From an archaeon (lineage in GTDB: Archaea; Nanobdellota; Nanobdellia; SCGC-AAA011-G17; GW2011-AR18): a stretch of DNA of 48,029 nt. How positions within the stretch are numbered: position 1 is the first letter of the stretch; every line of letters begins with the position of its first letter. Location of the stretch: contig JAHFKM010000001.1 of NCBI GenBank assembly GCA_023245385.1, positions 1 through 48,029 of the forward strand. Direction: 5' to 3'. Of the stretch, positions 1 through 9,080 are shown piece by piece. Both the position numbers and the translations under genes were made by a program. The notes under the pieces were generated by a model. The model was not told the DNA's origin and did no database searches. It worked only from the letters and a program-made list of their open reading frames with translations.

Positions 1-1052
1 AAATCTTTCTTCACACCAGGATACGCTCCCGCTATCTGTTTACATATTTGCTTCTCTTCAGGCGCCTCACTAAATTTTATCCCATACTCCCTAAAACGCA
101 TATTATCATCAGGCAAATACCCATCAAGATACTCATTAATTCCCCTCCTCACCGACTTGGACTGAGAAAAAATACCATAAGCACCAGGCTCACCAAACAC
201 AATCTGAATCTCATCAGAAACATAATCTAACGTTGCCAAATCATGCTCCACAACAATCACAGAAACACCTTGCGCTAATCTTCTTATTAACTTCGCAACT
301 TTAATTCTATGAGTGATATCACAAAAAGAAGTAGGCTCATCAAAATAATACACATCCGCTTTCTTTCCAGCAGCAGCAATAATAGCCAAACGTTGCAACT
401 CACCCCCAGACAACTCCTCAACAGTTCTTTCCTGCAAATGTTCCAAATCCAACTCTCTTATTAACCCAGCAACAACACCCCGCTCATCAACTTTCTTTAA
501 TAAATCTCTCACCTTCTGCCCCTTGTAAATTTCTGCTAAAAATTCTACTCTCTGCGGCTTGTAACTAATCTTAATCTCTTTAGTTAATAATTTTTTTAAA
601 TAAGAACCAAACCACTGCGTAGAATAATTCAACGCCACTTCCTGAGGCAAAGGAGGTTTTTTAAAATTCCCCAAATTCGGCTCAACCTGACCAGATAAAA
701 CTTGCAAAGCAGTCGATTTTCCAATCCCATTCCTCCCAATAATACCCACAACAGTATTTGGCTTCACCATCGGCAAAGAAAAAAGCTCAAACATATTCTG
801 CCCATACCTATGAATCGGATGTTGCGTTAACTTTTCAGGCAAATTAATAATCTGAATCGCATCAAACGGACACTTCTTTGGACAAATCCCACATCCATTA
901 CATAACTCATCAATAATCTTAGCTTTTTTGTACTCTCCCTCAACAATACATTCCTGCCCCATCTTATTCACAGGACAGACCCTAATGCAAAGATAATTCC
1001 CACAAGCAACAGGATTACACTTATTTCGATCAACTACCGCAATTCTCGCCAT
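1..1052 (-). CDS. abce1: ABCE1 / RNase L inhibitor-type ribosome recycling ATPase (3' end cut by window edge)
   Basis: The minus-strand reading frame runs to the window edge, so it is absent from the ORF track. From the ATG (complement of 1050-1052) it reads MARIAVVDRNKCNPVACGNYLCIRVCPVNK...CNGCGICPKKCPFDAI, giving two ferredoxin-type Cys clusters. Walker A GIIGRNGIGKST and ABC signature LSGGELQR follow. Confidence 0.85.
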   Translation of the reverse strand, partial: MARIAVVDRNKCNPVACGNYLCIRVCPVNKMGQECIVEGEYKKAKIIDELCNGCGICPKKCPFDAIQIINLPEKLTQHPIHRYGQNMFELFSLPMVKPNTVVGIIGRNGIGKSTALQVLSGQVEPNLGNFKKPPLPQEVALNYSTQWFGSYLKKLLTKEIKISYKPQRVEFLAEIYKGQKVRDLLKKVDERGVVAGLIRELDLEHLQERTVEELSGGELQRLAIIAAAGKKADVYYFDEPTSFCDITHRIKVAKLIRRLAQGVSVIVVEHDLATLDYVSDEIQIVFGEPGAYGIFSQSKSVRRGINEYLDGYLPDDNMRFREYGIKFSEAPEEKQICKQIAGAYPGVKKD

Positions 1053-1075
1053 TTCATTCAACACACCCTAAGAAG

Positions 1076-1105
1076 TTTATAACCCTTGTGAAAACAAATT
1101 TATAG
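1076..1105. promoter_or_regulatory. Divergent promoter region with two TATA-like boxes (TTTATAA for abce1, AAATTTATAG for the Psi synthase gene)
   Basis: Each AT box is centred about 26-27 nt from its own ATG (1052 minus, 1127 plus). The same spacing recurs across the window. Confidence 0.45.
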
Positions 1106-1126
1106 TAGGCTTTTCTTCTCCCTTTT

Positions 1127-1822
1127 ATGAACAAGAAAAGAATCCTCCACTACCTTATGCAAACAGGACAATGGAAACGATCAGAAATACGAAAACTCCT
1201 TAAAGAAGGAAAAATAACTGTAGACAACATTCTTGTAACAAGCGAACACTACTTTGTAAAGGATCCTAAAAAAATTCTTGTAGAAGAAAAAAAACTTGAA
1301 CTCCCAAAAGAAAAAATCTACCTTGCTTTAAACAAACCAGCAGGATACAGCTGCCAAAAAGGAACATCCCCAAACGTTCTTGATTTAGTTTCTGAAAAAG
1401 TTTTCGCAATAGGAAGATTAGACAAAGACACAGAAGGATTACTCCTCCTTAGCAATGACGGAGATTACGCACACTCAATCCTCTCTCCAGAAAAGAAAAC
1501 AGAAAAAAAGTATCTCGCACTGCTTAGAAACAGTATCAGCAAAAAAGAAATCCAAACACTCGAACAAGGTGTTCAAATAAAATTAAGAAATACCTACTAT
1601 CTCACAAAACCATGTAAGATCACACAGATTAGCCAGAACAAAATTACCATCATTCTCACAGAAGGAAAGAAAAGACAAATAAGAAAAATGATCAAATCAC
1701 TAGGAAACAAAGTACTCTCCCTCCAAAGAACCCACATTGGAAAACTTACCCTCGGAAACTTACCACTCGGATCCTATAAAACACTCAGTAAACAAGAAGC
1801 ATTATCTTACTCTAAGAAATAA
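1127..1822 (+). CDS. RsuA/RluB-family pseudouridine synthase with N-terminal S4-like domain
   Basis: Motif AIGRLDKDTEGLLLLSNDG (catalytic Asp loop), KKRQIRKM, and an S4-like N-terminus (KRSEIRKLLKEGKITVDN). Confidence 0.75.
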   Translation: MNKKRILHYLMQTGQWKRSEIRKLLKEGKITVDNILVTSEHYFVKDPKKILVEEKKLELPKEKIYLALNKPAGYSCQKGTSPNVLDLVSEKVFAIGRLDKDTEGLLLLSNDGDYAHSILSPEKKTEKKYLALLRNSISKKEIQTLEQGVQIKLRNTYYLTKPCKITQISQNKITIILTEGKKRQIRKMIKSLGNKVLSLQRTHIGKLTLGNLPLGSYKTLSKQEALSYSKK

Positions 1823-1924
1823 AACTTTAAAAAGATCTCTACAAAAACGCAGACTGAACTTACGATTCAGACCCAGGTATATATATCCCAAAAGAATAAA
1901 TAACTGTTTACTTCCTCTTTACCT

Positions 1925-2056
1925 ATGGCAGAAAAATGTTTTCTATGCGGAGAAAAAATACACACAACTTTCCTAGAAAAAATCCAAGGAACCTACCTCC
2001 GAGAAGGGAAAAAACTCAAAGCACTCTGCAGCACCTGCCAAAAAAAGAAACAATGA
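1925..2056 (+). CDS. 43-aa zinc-ribbon micro-protein (CxxC...CxxC)
   Basis: Reads MAEKCFLCGEKIHTTFLEKIQGTYLREGKKLKALCSTCQKKKQ*. It is below the ORF-track size cutoff. Its TGA overlaps the ATG of the next gene (ATGA at 2053-2056). Confidence 0.45.
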   Translation: MAEKCFLCGEKIHTTFLEKIQGTYLREGKKLKALCSTCQKKKQ

Positions 2057-2517
2057 ACCAAGCAACACTCTGCTTTTTACTCAAAAAAGATTCTCTTTCA
2101 CTAGGAAGAAAAAAAAGAAAATTAGGAAAAGGAAAATACAACGGCTTTGGCGGTAACGTCGAAGAGAATGAAACAATTGAACAAGCAACCATTCGTGAAC
2201 TCTACGAAGAAACTGGCGTTAAAGCAATCACCTTAGAAAAAGTCGCTGAGATGAACTATACCTTTCCAGAAGAAAATAAAGATTGGAATCAAACAGTTCA
2301 TATCTACCTCGTCAGAACCTGGAACGGAGAAGCAAAAGAAACAGAAGAAATGACTGTTGAATGGTTCCCTTTAGATAAAATCCCCTACGAACATATGTGG
2401 AAAAATGACAAACACTGGCTTCCTCTTGTTCTCTCCGGAAAGAAAATAAAAGGCTACGTCAGGCACACTGAAGAAAGACTCTCCTCAATACGTCTCGAAT
2501 ATGTAGACTCCTTCTGA
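2053..2517 (+). CDS. MTH1/NUDT1-like Nudix hydrolase (oxidised purine NTP pyrophosphatase)
   Basis: Nudix box GKYNGFGGNVEENETIEQATIRELYEETGV. The C-terminal IPYEHMWKNDKHWLPLVLSGKKIKGY closely resembles the MTH1 signature. The internal ATG at 2053 is chosen because the upstream part of the ORF is low-complexity and overlaps the Zn-ribbon gene. Confidence 0.8.
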   Translation: MNQATLCFLLKKDSLSLGRKKRKLGKGKYNGFGGNVEENETIEQATIRELYEETGVKAITLEKVAEMNYTFPEENKDWNQTVHIYLVRTWNGEAKETEEMTVEWFPLDKIPYEHMWKNDKHWLPLVLSGKKIKGYVRHTEERLSSIRLEYVDSF

Positions 2518-2579
2518 AACTCCTTTAAGAATTCTTGAAACAAAAGTAATAAAAAGAAAGTTCCTTTCAAACCTTTTAT

Positions 2580-2651
2580 GCCACTATAGCTCAACGGTAG
2601 AGCGCAGCTTTCGTAAAGCTGAGGTTCTGGGTTCAAGTCCCAGTAGTGGCT
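2580..2651 (+). tRNA. tRNA-Thr (anticodon CGU)
   Basis: Cloverleaf folded by hand. Acceptor gccacta/tagtggc, D stem gctc/gagc, anticodon stem cagct/agctg with loop ttCGTaa, T arm ctggg-ttcaagt-cccag. 72 nt, no encoded CCA. Confidence 0.9.
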
Positions 2652-2656
2652 TTCCG

Positions 2657-2677
2657 TGTTTTTTCTGGATTTTTTTC
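2657..2677 (+). terminator. Oligo-T termination signal after tRNA-Thr
   Basis: Two T runs (tttttt, ttttttt) lie directly 3' of the tRNA. Oligo-T tracts are archaeal termination signals. Confidence 0.4.
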
Positions 2678-2793
2678 AAAATAAATATAAACTTTAAAAA
2701 TATCCTTCAATTAAATTGCACTTAACTCCTGAAAAAATATTTCTTCTCCTTTGAAAACAAAAAAATTAAATATCCGCCAACCCTTCCTCTTTT

Positions 2794-3240
2794 ATGGATT
2801 TTCCCGTCGTACTTAACAGAAAATCAGATACACCTCCTACACGCCTCTACCTCCACCGCGAATTTCTTACAGATGGCCGGGAACCGCTTGTCGCAGCAGG
2901 TGAAGCACGAGATCACTTTCTAAACATCCGAGAAAAGGCTCCAGAGGTTTTCACAGGTCTTGATTATGTTCTTGGAATTTTATGGAAAGACCCAACATCA
3001 ACAAATCTGGACTTATTTGGATATAAAGATATTGCTCGCTGGCCTGGAAATCCAGAAGTTTCCAATTGGGTTTTCAAAAATGGAGTTTTTCTTTCTACCA
3101 GAAACATTAGCTGTGGAGACAGTTTAATCCTCTTAGGAAGGGAGGAACACTACAGAAGAACCTGCGCAAATTTGGAAACTTATTTTTCTAGAGTTCCCCC
3201 AAGTATTCCTGTTAAACTAAAATTAGACGAATCGTGCTAG
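2794..3240 (+). CDS. Hypothetical protein (148 aa, no recognisable motif)
   Basis: ORF with a TATA-like box (aattaaatat, 2764-2773) about 26 nt upstream of the ATG. It looks visibly more GC-rich than its flanks by eye. Confidence 0.5.
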   Translation: MDFPVVLNRKSDTPPTRLYLHREFLTDGREPLVAAGEARDHFLNIREKAPEVFTGLDYVLGILWKDPTSTNLDLFGYKDIARWPGNPEVSNWVFKNGVFLSTRNISCGDSLILLGREEHYRRTCANLETYFSRVPPSIPVKLKLDESC

Positions 3241-3276
3241 ATACCTTTAAATAAATTCTCAAACCAAATTAATCCT

Positions 3277-4173
3277 ATGCCTAAAAAGAAACATAAAAAC
3301 TACCTCGCACTAGGAATTATCTACCTTTTCAAAGGAATCTATTGGCTCGTCAAGAATATTTTTTTAGGAATCTGGTGGATACTGAAATTTTTATACTTGG
3401 AAATAAAATTACTCTTCAGCAAAGACAAAACTAAAGTCAAAGAAGAAATTAAAAAAGAAAAACTCCCAGAAACACACAGTGAAAAAGTTTTAGAAAACAC
3501 TCCCGCAGCTAGAGGACAAAGAAAAATCGCAGCAATCTACCAACCCTTCGAAATACTCAAAGATATCAAAGGAACTTACTCAGACTTCGAAAGCAAACTT
3601 TTTTCAAATTCCAGTACAATTGGAATAATTCTTGGAGCCCGAGGAACAGGAAAAAGCGCAATCGGCTTAAAACTCTTAGAAAACATTCACGCAAAAACAG
3701 GAAAAAAGGTCTACACTATGGGATTCAAAACAGAAGACCTTCCCCACTGGATTCTGAACATTGACTCTTTAGATGACGTTCAAAACAACGCAGTTGTCCT
3801 TTTAGACGAAAGCGGAATACAATTCTCCTCAAGAGAAAGCATGAGTAATGTTAATAAATTACTTTCGAAACTACTTCTTATAGCAAGACATAAAGATTTA
3901 AATTTACTTTTTATCACCCAAAACTCTTCTAATATCGATCTTAATATTATCCGACAAGCAGACTACTTACTCCTAAAACATTCCTCACTTTTACAAAAAG
4001 ACTTTGAAAGAAAAAAAATAAATGATATTTACACTGAAGCAGAAAAACACTTCAAAGAATACAAAGACCAAAAAGGACTCACCTACATCTATTCCGACAG
4101 TTACAAAGGATTTATCACTAATCCTTTACCCAGCTTCTGGACATCAAATGTGAGTAAAGCTTATAGAAAATGA
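3277..4173 (+). CDS. Membrane-anchored P-loop NTPase, Zot/pI-like or A32-like (FtsK-HerA superfamily)
   Basis: N-terminal hydrophobic segment (LALGIIYLFKGIYWLVKNIFLGIWWILKFLYL). Walker A GARGTGKS and Walker B VVLLDESG. Then ARHKDLNLLFITQNSSNIDLNIIRQADYLLLK, which matches the RH..hhhhTQ...IR pattern of Zot-type and viral packaging ATPases. Confidence 0.5.
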   Translation: MPKKKHKNYLALGIIYLFKGIYWLVKNIFLGIWWILKFLYLEIKLLFSKDKTKVKEEIKKEKLPETHSEKVLENTPAARGQRKIAAIYQPFEILKDIKGTYSDFESKLFSNSSTIGIILGARGTGKSAIGLKLLENIHAKTGKKVYTMGFKTEDLPHWILNIDSLDDVQNNAVVLLDESGIQFSSRESMSNVNKLLSKLLLIARHKDLNLLFITQNSSNIDLNIIRQADYLLLKHSSLLQKDFERKKINDIYTEAEKHFKEYKDQKGLTYIYSDSYKGFITNPLPSFWTSNVSKAYRK

Positions 4174-4278
4174 AACCACTTCACACTAAAGAAGACCTCT
4201 TTTCCCTTAAATGTTAACATTAATTCTCCTTATCCTAAACCTTCTCTTTACAAAAAAAGACTTAAAAAAAATCTCCAT

Positions 4279-4290
4279 AAATTTATAAAG
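4279..4290 (+). promoter_or_regulatory. TATA-like box of polB (aaatttataaag)
   Basis: Centred about 27 nt upstream of the ATG at 4312. Confidence 0.45.
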
Positions 4291-4311
4291 TTCTAAAAGA
4301 GAGAAAAACGT

Positions 4312-6621
4312 ATGAAAGGATTTATCATCTCACCAACTTACAAGATTGTTGAAGACAAAGCTTATGTTGAATTATTCGGGAGACTAGAAAATGGAGAAAG
4401 CTTCCTTACCATCAATGAGTTTAAACCTTATTTTTATATTAAAGAAAAAAAACTAGACCTCGCTAAAAAAATTGTAAAAAATTTAACTTTTGAAAAAACT
4501 GATTTCAAAAACAAAGATGACGAAGCTGTTGTTAAAATCATTCTTACCCTTCCAGCAGATGTTCCAAAACTGCGCAAACAACTCGAAGAACGAGACATCA
4601 CCTGCTACGAAGCAGACATCAAATTCCCTTACCGCTTCATGATGGACTATGGACTACAATCCTCTCTTATTATTGAAGGGAAGTACGAACCAGGATCAAG
4701 GATTAATAGAATCTATACAGAACCAACACTTAGCCCAGTTCCTTACACTCCCTCCAAACTAAAAGTTCTTTCTTTTGATATTGAAAGCAGCAAAGAAGAA
4801 TATGGAGAACTTTATTGTATAGGACTTATTTGTGATACCATAAAAAGGAACCTTATTGTTTCAAAGACCGCTGTTGAAGGGGCAATTATCTGTGAAAACG
4901 AAAAAGAAGTCTTAGAAAAATTCATTACAGAAATAACCACTCTCGATCCTGATATTATCACGGGATGGAATATCATTGACTTTGATTTTACATTCTTAGC
5001 TGCAAAATGCAAAAAATATAAAATTCCCTTCGACATCGGAAGAGAACCAGGAAGACTAAAACTCTCCTTAAGAGAAAGCTTCTTTCAAGACAGCAAAGCA
5101 GAGGTTGTGGGAAGACAAGTCCTTGACGCATTAAACCTACTAAAAGTTTCTTTCATCAAAGTAGACGACTACAAACTAGATACTGTAGCAAGAAAAATTT
5201 TAGGAGAAACAAAACTCATTACAACTACAGGAGCAGACAAATACAAAGAAATAGACGAATTATTTAAAAATAATAAAAAAAGATTAGTAGCATACAACCT
5301 TAAAGATGCAGAACTAGTCCTAAAAATCATCGACAAGAGTGACATTCTTAATCTCACTATTCAACGAAGCTTACTTACTGGAATGCCTCTAGACAGAGTC
5401 AACGCCTCCATCGCATCACTTGATTCCCTATACATTCGAGAAGCAAGAAAAAGAAAACTTGTCGTTCCCTCAGGAAAATTCGCAGTTAAAGAAGAAGGAA
5501 CCTTAGGAGGCTATGTTCGTGAAGCAGAAGCAGGCATTTACGATTACTTACTTGTTTTAGACTTCAAATCACTCTATCCCAGCATCATCCGTACGTTCAA
5601 CATTGATCCACTAAGCTATGTTTCAAACTGTAAAGAAAAAAATCTAATAAAAGCGCCAAACGGCGCATGCTTCAAAAACGAAAACGGAATACTTCCTAAC
5701 TTAATTGAAGAACTCTGGAAACACCGCGAACAAGCGCGCAAAGAAAAAAACGAACTTGCTCGTTATGCAATTAAAATCCAAATGAATTCAATGTACGGTG
5801 TTCTTGGAAGCCCAGCCTGCAGATTCTTCGATCCAAACCTTGCCAACGCAATTACTCACTTTGGACATTATCTAATTAAATTAACTTCTGAAAAAATAGA
5901 AGAGAAAGGATACAAAGTAATCTACAACGATACTGATTGTTGCTTCGTTGTCTCAAAAGCAAAAACTTTAGAAGAAGCAGAAAAACTCGGAAAAAAAATC
6001 GCACAAGAAATCAACACCTTCTACAAAACCTTCGTCAAAGAACACTACAAACGAGAATCCTTCCTCGAACTCTCCTTCGACAAATGCTTCATCAAATGTC
6101 TCATGCCCAAATTACGTGGCGGAGAAAAAGGAGCAAAAAAAAGATACGCTGGAATGTTAATTAAAGATGGGAAAGAAGAAATCCAATTCACCGGGATGGA
6201 AACAGCACGTTCAGATTGGACAGACCTTGCAAAAAAATACCAACAAGAAATCTTCAACAGAATCTTCCACAACCAAGAAATCGCAGAATACACCAAAAAA
6301 TTCTTAATCGATATCCAAAAGGGAAAATACGACGACTTACTTGTCTACAGAAAAAGTATCAGAAAAGAATTACATGAATACACTAAAAGCACTCCGCCCC
6401 ACGTCAAAGCCGCTCGCCAATTAGAAAAACTCGACAGTGATATTATCGAATATGTTATTACAGAAGAAGGACCAGAACCTATTCAAAAAATAAAACACAA
6501 ACTAGATTACAATCATTACATCCAGAAACAAATCAAACCCATCGCAGAAACCGTTTTACTTTTCTTTAATAAAAAATTCGATGATCTCATAAAAGGAAAC
6601 AAACAAACCACACTCTTTTAA
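4312..6621 (+). CDS. polB: Family B DNA polymerase
   Basis: Exo I FDIES, Exo II NIIDFDFTFL, Exo III YNLKDAEL. Pol A DFKSLYPSIIRTFNIDP, Pol B KIQMNSMYG, Pol C YNDTDC, plus KKRYAG. The N-terminus has the PYFY motif. Confidence 0.95.
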   Translation: MKGFIISPTYKIVEDKAYVELFGRLENGESFLTINEFKPYFYIKEKKLDLAKKIVKNLTFEKTDFKNKDDEAVVKIILTLPADVPKLRKQLEERDITCYEADIKFPYRFMMDYGLQSSLIIEGKYEPGSRINRIYTEPTLSPVPYTPSKLKVLSFDIESSKEEYGELYCIGLICDTIKRNLIVSKTAVEGAIICENEKEVLEKFITEITTLDPDIITGWNIIDFDFTFLAAKCKKYKIPFDIGREPGRLKLSLRESFFQDSKAEVVGRQVLDALNLLKVSFIKVDDYKLDTVARKILGETKLITTTGADKYKEIDELFKNNKKRLVAYNLKDAELVLKIIDKSDILNLTIQRSLLTGMPLDRVNASIASLDSLYIREARKRKLVVPSGKFAVKEEGTLGGYVREAEAGIYDYLLVLDFKSLYPSIIRTFNIDPLSYVSNCKEKNLIKAPNGACFKNENGILPNLIEELWKHREQARKEKNELARYAIKIQMNSMYGVLGSPACRFFDPNLANAITHFGHYLIKLTSEKIEEKGYKVIYNDTDCCFVVSKAKTLEEAEKLGKKIAQEINTFYKTFVKEHYKRESFLELSFDKCFIKCLMPKLRGGEKGAKKRYAGMLIKDGKEEIQFTGMETARSDWTDLAKKYQQEIFNRIFHNQEIAEYTKKFLIDIQKGKYDDLLVYRKSIRKELHEYTKSTPPHVKAARQLEKLDSDIIEYVITEEGPEPIQKIKHKLDYNHYIQKQIKPIAETVLLFFNKKFDDLIKGNKQTTLF

Positions 6622-7115
6622 CACCCTGTTCTCTCAGCAGCACTTTTTATATTCATAAAACTTTCAGTATATCTTGAAAAATAATTCTTCACCTCCACTT
6701 TTCTTTTCGCAGCCCTTGAAAGAAAACTTACTGTCATCGCTCTTCCACCCAACCCTATTTCTTTCTCAACACAATAAACATCCCCACCCTGATACAAAAA
6801 TTTCTCCTCCCAAAAACCAATCCCAAGAATCAAACCACCACTATAAGGATTTACTTCAAACACTCCTGCTTTCTTCTCAGCAAGATTCCTATCTAAATAT
6901 AAAGGAATAGTTGTTATAAGTTCTAATGGTAAACCTGGATTTTCTCTTTGAATAAGACTATGAAGACCTTCAATAATATTCTTAGCACCTACTTCTTTAG
7001 GAAAGGCATTCCTATACTTTTCTGCTTCAAGCTCTTCCAAAGAAATAATCTTTCCCCTTCTCGCATCAGCTATCCCAGCATCGACGCTCGTTATATAATA
7101 CAATAGTCTTTTCAT
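6618..7115 (-). CDS. Hypothetical protein with an antitoxin-tail-like N-terminal motif
   Basis: The N-terminus has GIADARRGKIISLEELEAE, a motif common at antitoxin C-termini. The remaining ~130 aa are unassigned. A TATA-like box lies about 29 nt upstream (7141-7148). Confidence 0.45.
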   Translation of the reverse strand: MKRLLYYITSVDAGIADARRGKIISLEELEAEKYRNAFPKEVGAKNIIEGLHSLIQRENPGLPLELITTIPLYLDRNLAEKKAGVFEVNPYSGGLILGIGFWEEKFLYQGGDVYCVEKEIGLGGRAMTVSFLSRAAKRKVEVKNYFSRYTESFMNIKSAAERTGC

Positions 7116-7313
7116 CTTTGTAAAAAACCTCTGCTTACTCTTATATTACAGAAATCTTTAAAAGACTAACTATCAACTACTTCTTCCTTAAGAGTAATTG
7201 TTTAGCTCCACCAAACAGAAGTTGAATCGAACTCCTTTCTCATCAAAACTTTTAGAATAAAAATAAACACTTACAAAAATAACTATTATAAACCACCACC
7301 CCTCTCTCCCTTT

Positions 7314-8213
7314 ATGTACTCTTTCTTTCAAAAAGCAATCCTTCAATGGTATTTTAAAACCAAAAGAGACCTACCATGGAGAACAACAACAGACCCTTAT
7401 TCAATTCTCGTTTCAGAAATCATGCTCCAACAAACTCAAGTCGACCGCGTTATTCCAAAATACCTTGAGTTCTTAAAACAATTTCCAAATAAAGAAACAC
7501 TCGCACACTCATCCCCAGCAGAAGTTTTGAAATATTGGAAAGGACTTGGCTTCAACAAAAGAGCACTCAGACTCCAAGAAGTATGTAAAACTATTGTTCA
7601 AAAAAGAAACGGAGTCTTTCCAAACACAGAAAAAGAACTCTTAGAACTAAAAGGCATAGGATCTTACACCGCCAGCGCCATCTGCAGCTTCTCCTACAAC
7701 CAAGACGTTGTCGTTCTCGATACAAACATCCGCAGAGTCTTTCACAGAATCTTTCTCGGAAACAAACAAGAACAAAACGAAACACTCACCAAAGAACTAA
7801 AACTCCTCGCTGAAAAAATTCTTCCCCACGGACAGAGCAGAGACTGGCATAACGCGCTTATGGATCTAGGCGCGACTATTTGCACAGCACAAACACCCAA
7901 ATGCACCCAATGCCCAGCACAAACATTCTGTTCATTTACCCAGATCTTTGAGAAGGCAAGCAATGAAGAAAAAGACAAACTCCTCTCCCTCACAAGAATA
8001 AAAAACAAACAAGGAACTTTCAAAGATTCTAATAGATATTACCGTGGAAGAATTTTAGATTACCTGCGAGAACACGAAAATGTTCACTTAAAAATTTTAG
8101 AAAAAGAATTCAAAAAAAAATATAACAAAGACATTAATCTCATTTTACTTGATTTAGAAAAAGACAAACTCATCACACTAACCCCTGAAACAATTTCCCT
8201 ACCAAAAAACTAA
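7314..8213 (+). CDS. mutY: MutY-like adenine DNA glycosylase (HhH-GPD + 4Fe-4S), non-canonical C-terminus
   Basis: WYFKTKRDLPWRTTTDPYSILVSEIMLQQTQV, the HhH motif LKGIGSYTASAI, and FeS loop CTAQTPKCTQCPAQTFC. The C-terminal ~90 aa look winged-helix-like (RGRILDYLREHENVHLKILE). Confidence 0.8.
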   Translation: MYSFFQKAILQWYFKTKRDLPWRTTTDPYSILVSEIMLQQTQVDRVIPKYLEFLKQFPNKETLAHSSPAEVLKYWKGLGFNKRALRLQEVCKTIVQKRNGVFPNTEKELLELKGIGSYTASAICSFSYNQDVVVLDTNIRRVFHRIFLGNKQEQNETLTKELKLLAEKILPHGQSRDWHNALMDLGATICTAQTPKCTQCPAQTFCSFTQIFEKASNEEKDKLLSLTRIKNKQGTFKDSNRYYRGRILDYLREHENVHLKILEKEFKKKYNKDINLILLDLEKDKLITLTPETISLPKN

Positions 8214-8259
8214 AAGAAAGTTATTTAAAGAAACTTTTGTCACACCCTCTCTATCCTAT

Positions 8260-8346
8260 GCGGGGGTAGCAAAGCGGCCAAATGCGTAGGACTTAAGATC
8301 CTATGACTTAGTGTCTTCGCAGGTTCAAATCCTGTCCCCCGCACCA
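8260..8346 (+). tRNA. tRNA-Leu (anticodon UAA), long variable arm, CCA encoded
   Basis: Acceptor gcggggg/cccccgc, anticodon arm tagga-ctTAAga-tccta, long variable arm, T arm gcagg-ttcaaat-cctgt. Discriminator a is followed by cca (8344-8346). Confidence 0.9.
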
Positions 8347-8432
8347 TACTTAAAAGTCGATGCGCCTTCTCGTCGGACAAAATCCGGCACAACTTTAAAA
8401 GAAAGGTAACCTTAACAAAGGAGAGACTACTA

Positions 8433-9080
8433 ATGGCAGAAAACGACATCTACAACAGTCAAAAAAAGTATGAAGATTTCAAGAAGAATCTTGACAATTT
8501 TGCTTTTCCCCCTCAAAGTAAAAAAGCTAAATATTATTGCAAAAACAAACATAACCTAAACTATTTTAGACAACTCTTTCCAAATTTCGAAGCTAAAGAT
8601 AATAGCTACTCCCGAAGAATCAGATTACTTAACTCCCTCAAACTTATCAGTTATATAACTAATAAAGATCTCAAAAACTGTGAACGAGAAGACATCAACC
8701 AAATCGTAGCTTACATGCATAGTGTCTCCCCAAGCCCAAAAACCAAACAAGACTTTATCCGAGACATCAAATACCTCTGGAAAACCCTCTTCCCAGAACA
8801 AGATGAAAGAGGAAGACTCGACGAAACACTCATCCCTTACCCCGTACGACACCTCAGTGCAAAAATTGACAAAAGTAAAGAAAAACTCAGAAACGACAGA
8901 TTCACATGGGAAGAATTCGAACAACTCCTCCAATACTTCGCCCAAGACCCAAGAATGCAAGCCTACCTCTTCCTCGCCCTCGAAAGTTTAGGAAGACCTC
9001 AAGAACTCCTCTACATCAAGAAAAAACACAAAAGCCACCCTTATCCTGACGTTGAGAAAGTTTATGAGTTAGCTAAGTAA
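8433..9080 (+). pseudogene. Truncated tyrosine recombinase/integrase (core-binding domain plus start of catalytic domain only)
   Basis: Reads ...RFTWEEFEQLLQYFAQDPRMQAYLFLALESLGRPQELLYIK, which is the box I region with the first catalytic Arg. The ORF then ends after ~17 unrelated residues. The K, HxxR and Y catalytic elements are absent. It begins 87 nt after tRNA-Leu. Confidence 0.6.

Noticed and set aside
1737-2052. Track ORFs 1737-1976 and the 5' part of 1936-2517
   Set aside because: The translations are low-complexity and basic, and they overlap the end of the Psi synthase gene and the Zn-ribbon ORF. The Nudix homology begins only at the ATG at 2053.
2454-2636. 60-aa minus-strand ORF from the track
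   Set aside because: It runs antisense through tRNA-Thr and the end of the Nudix gene. The tRNA explains the sequence.
8240-8449. 69-aa minus-strand ORF from the track
   Set aside because: It is antisense to tRNA-Leu, which explains the GC-rich stretch.
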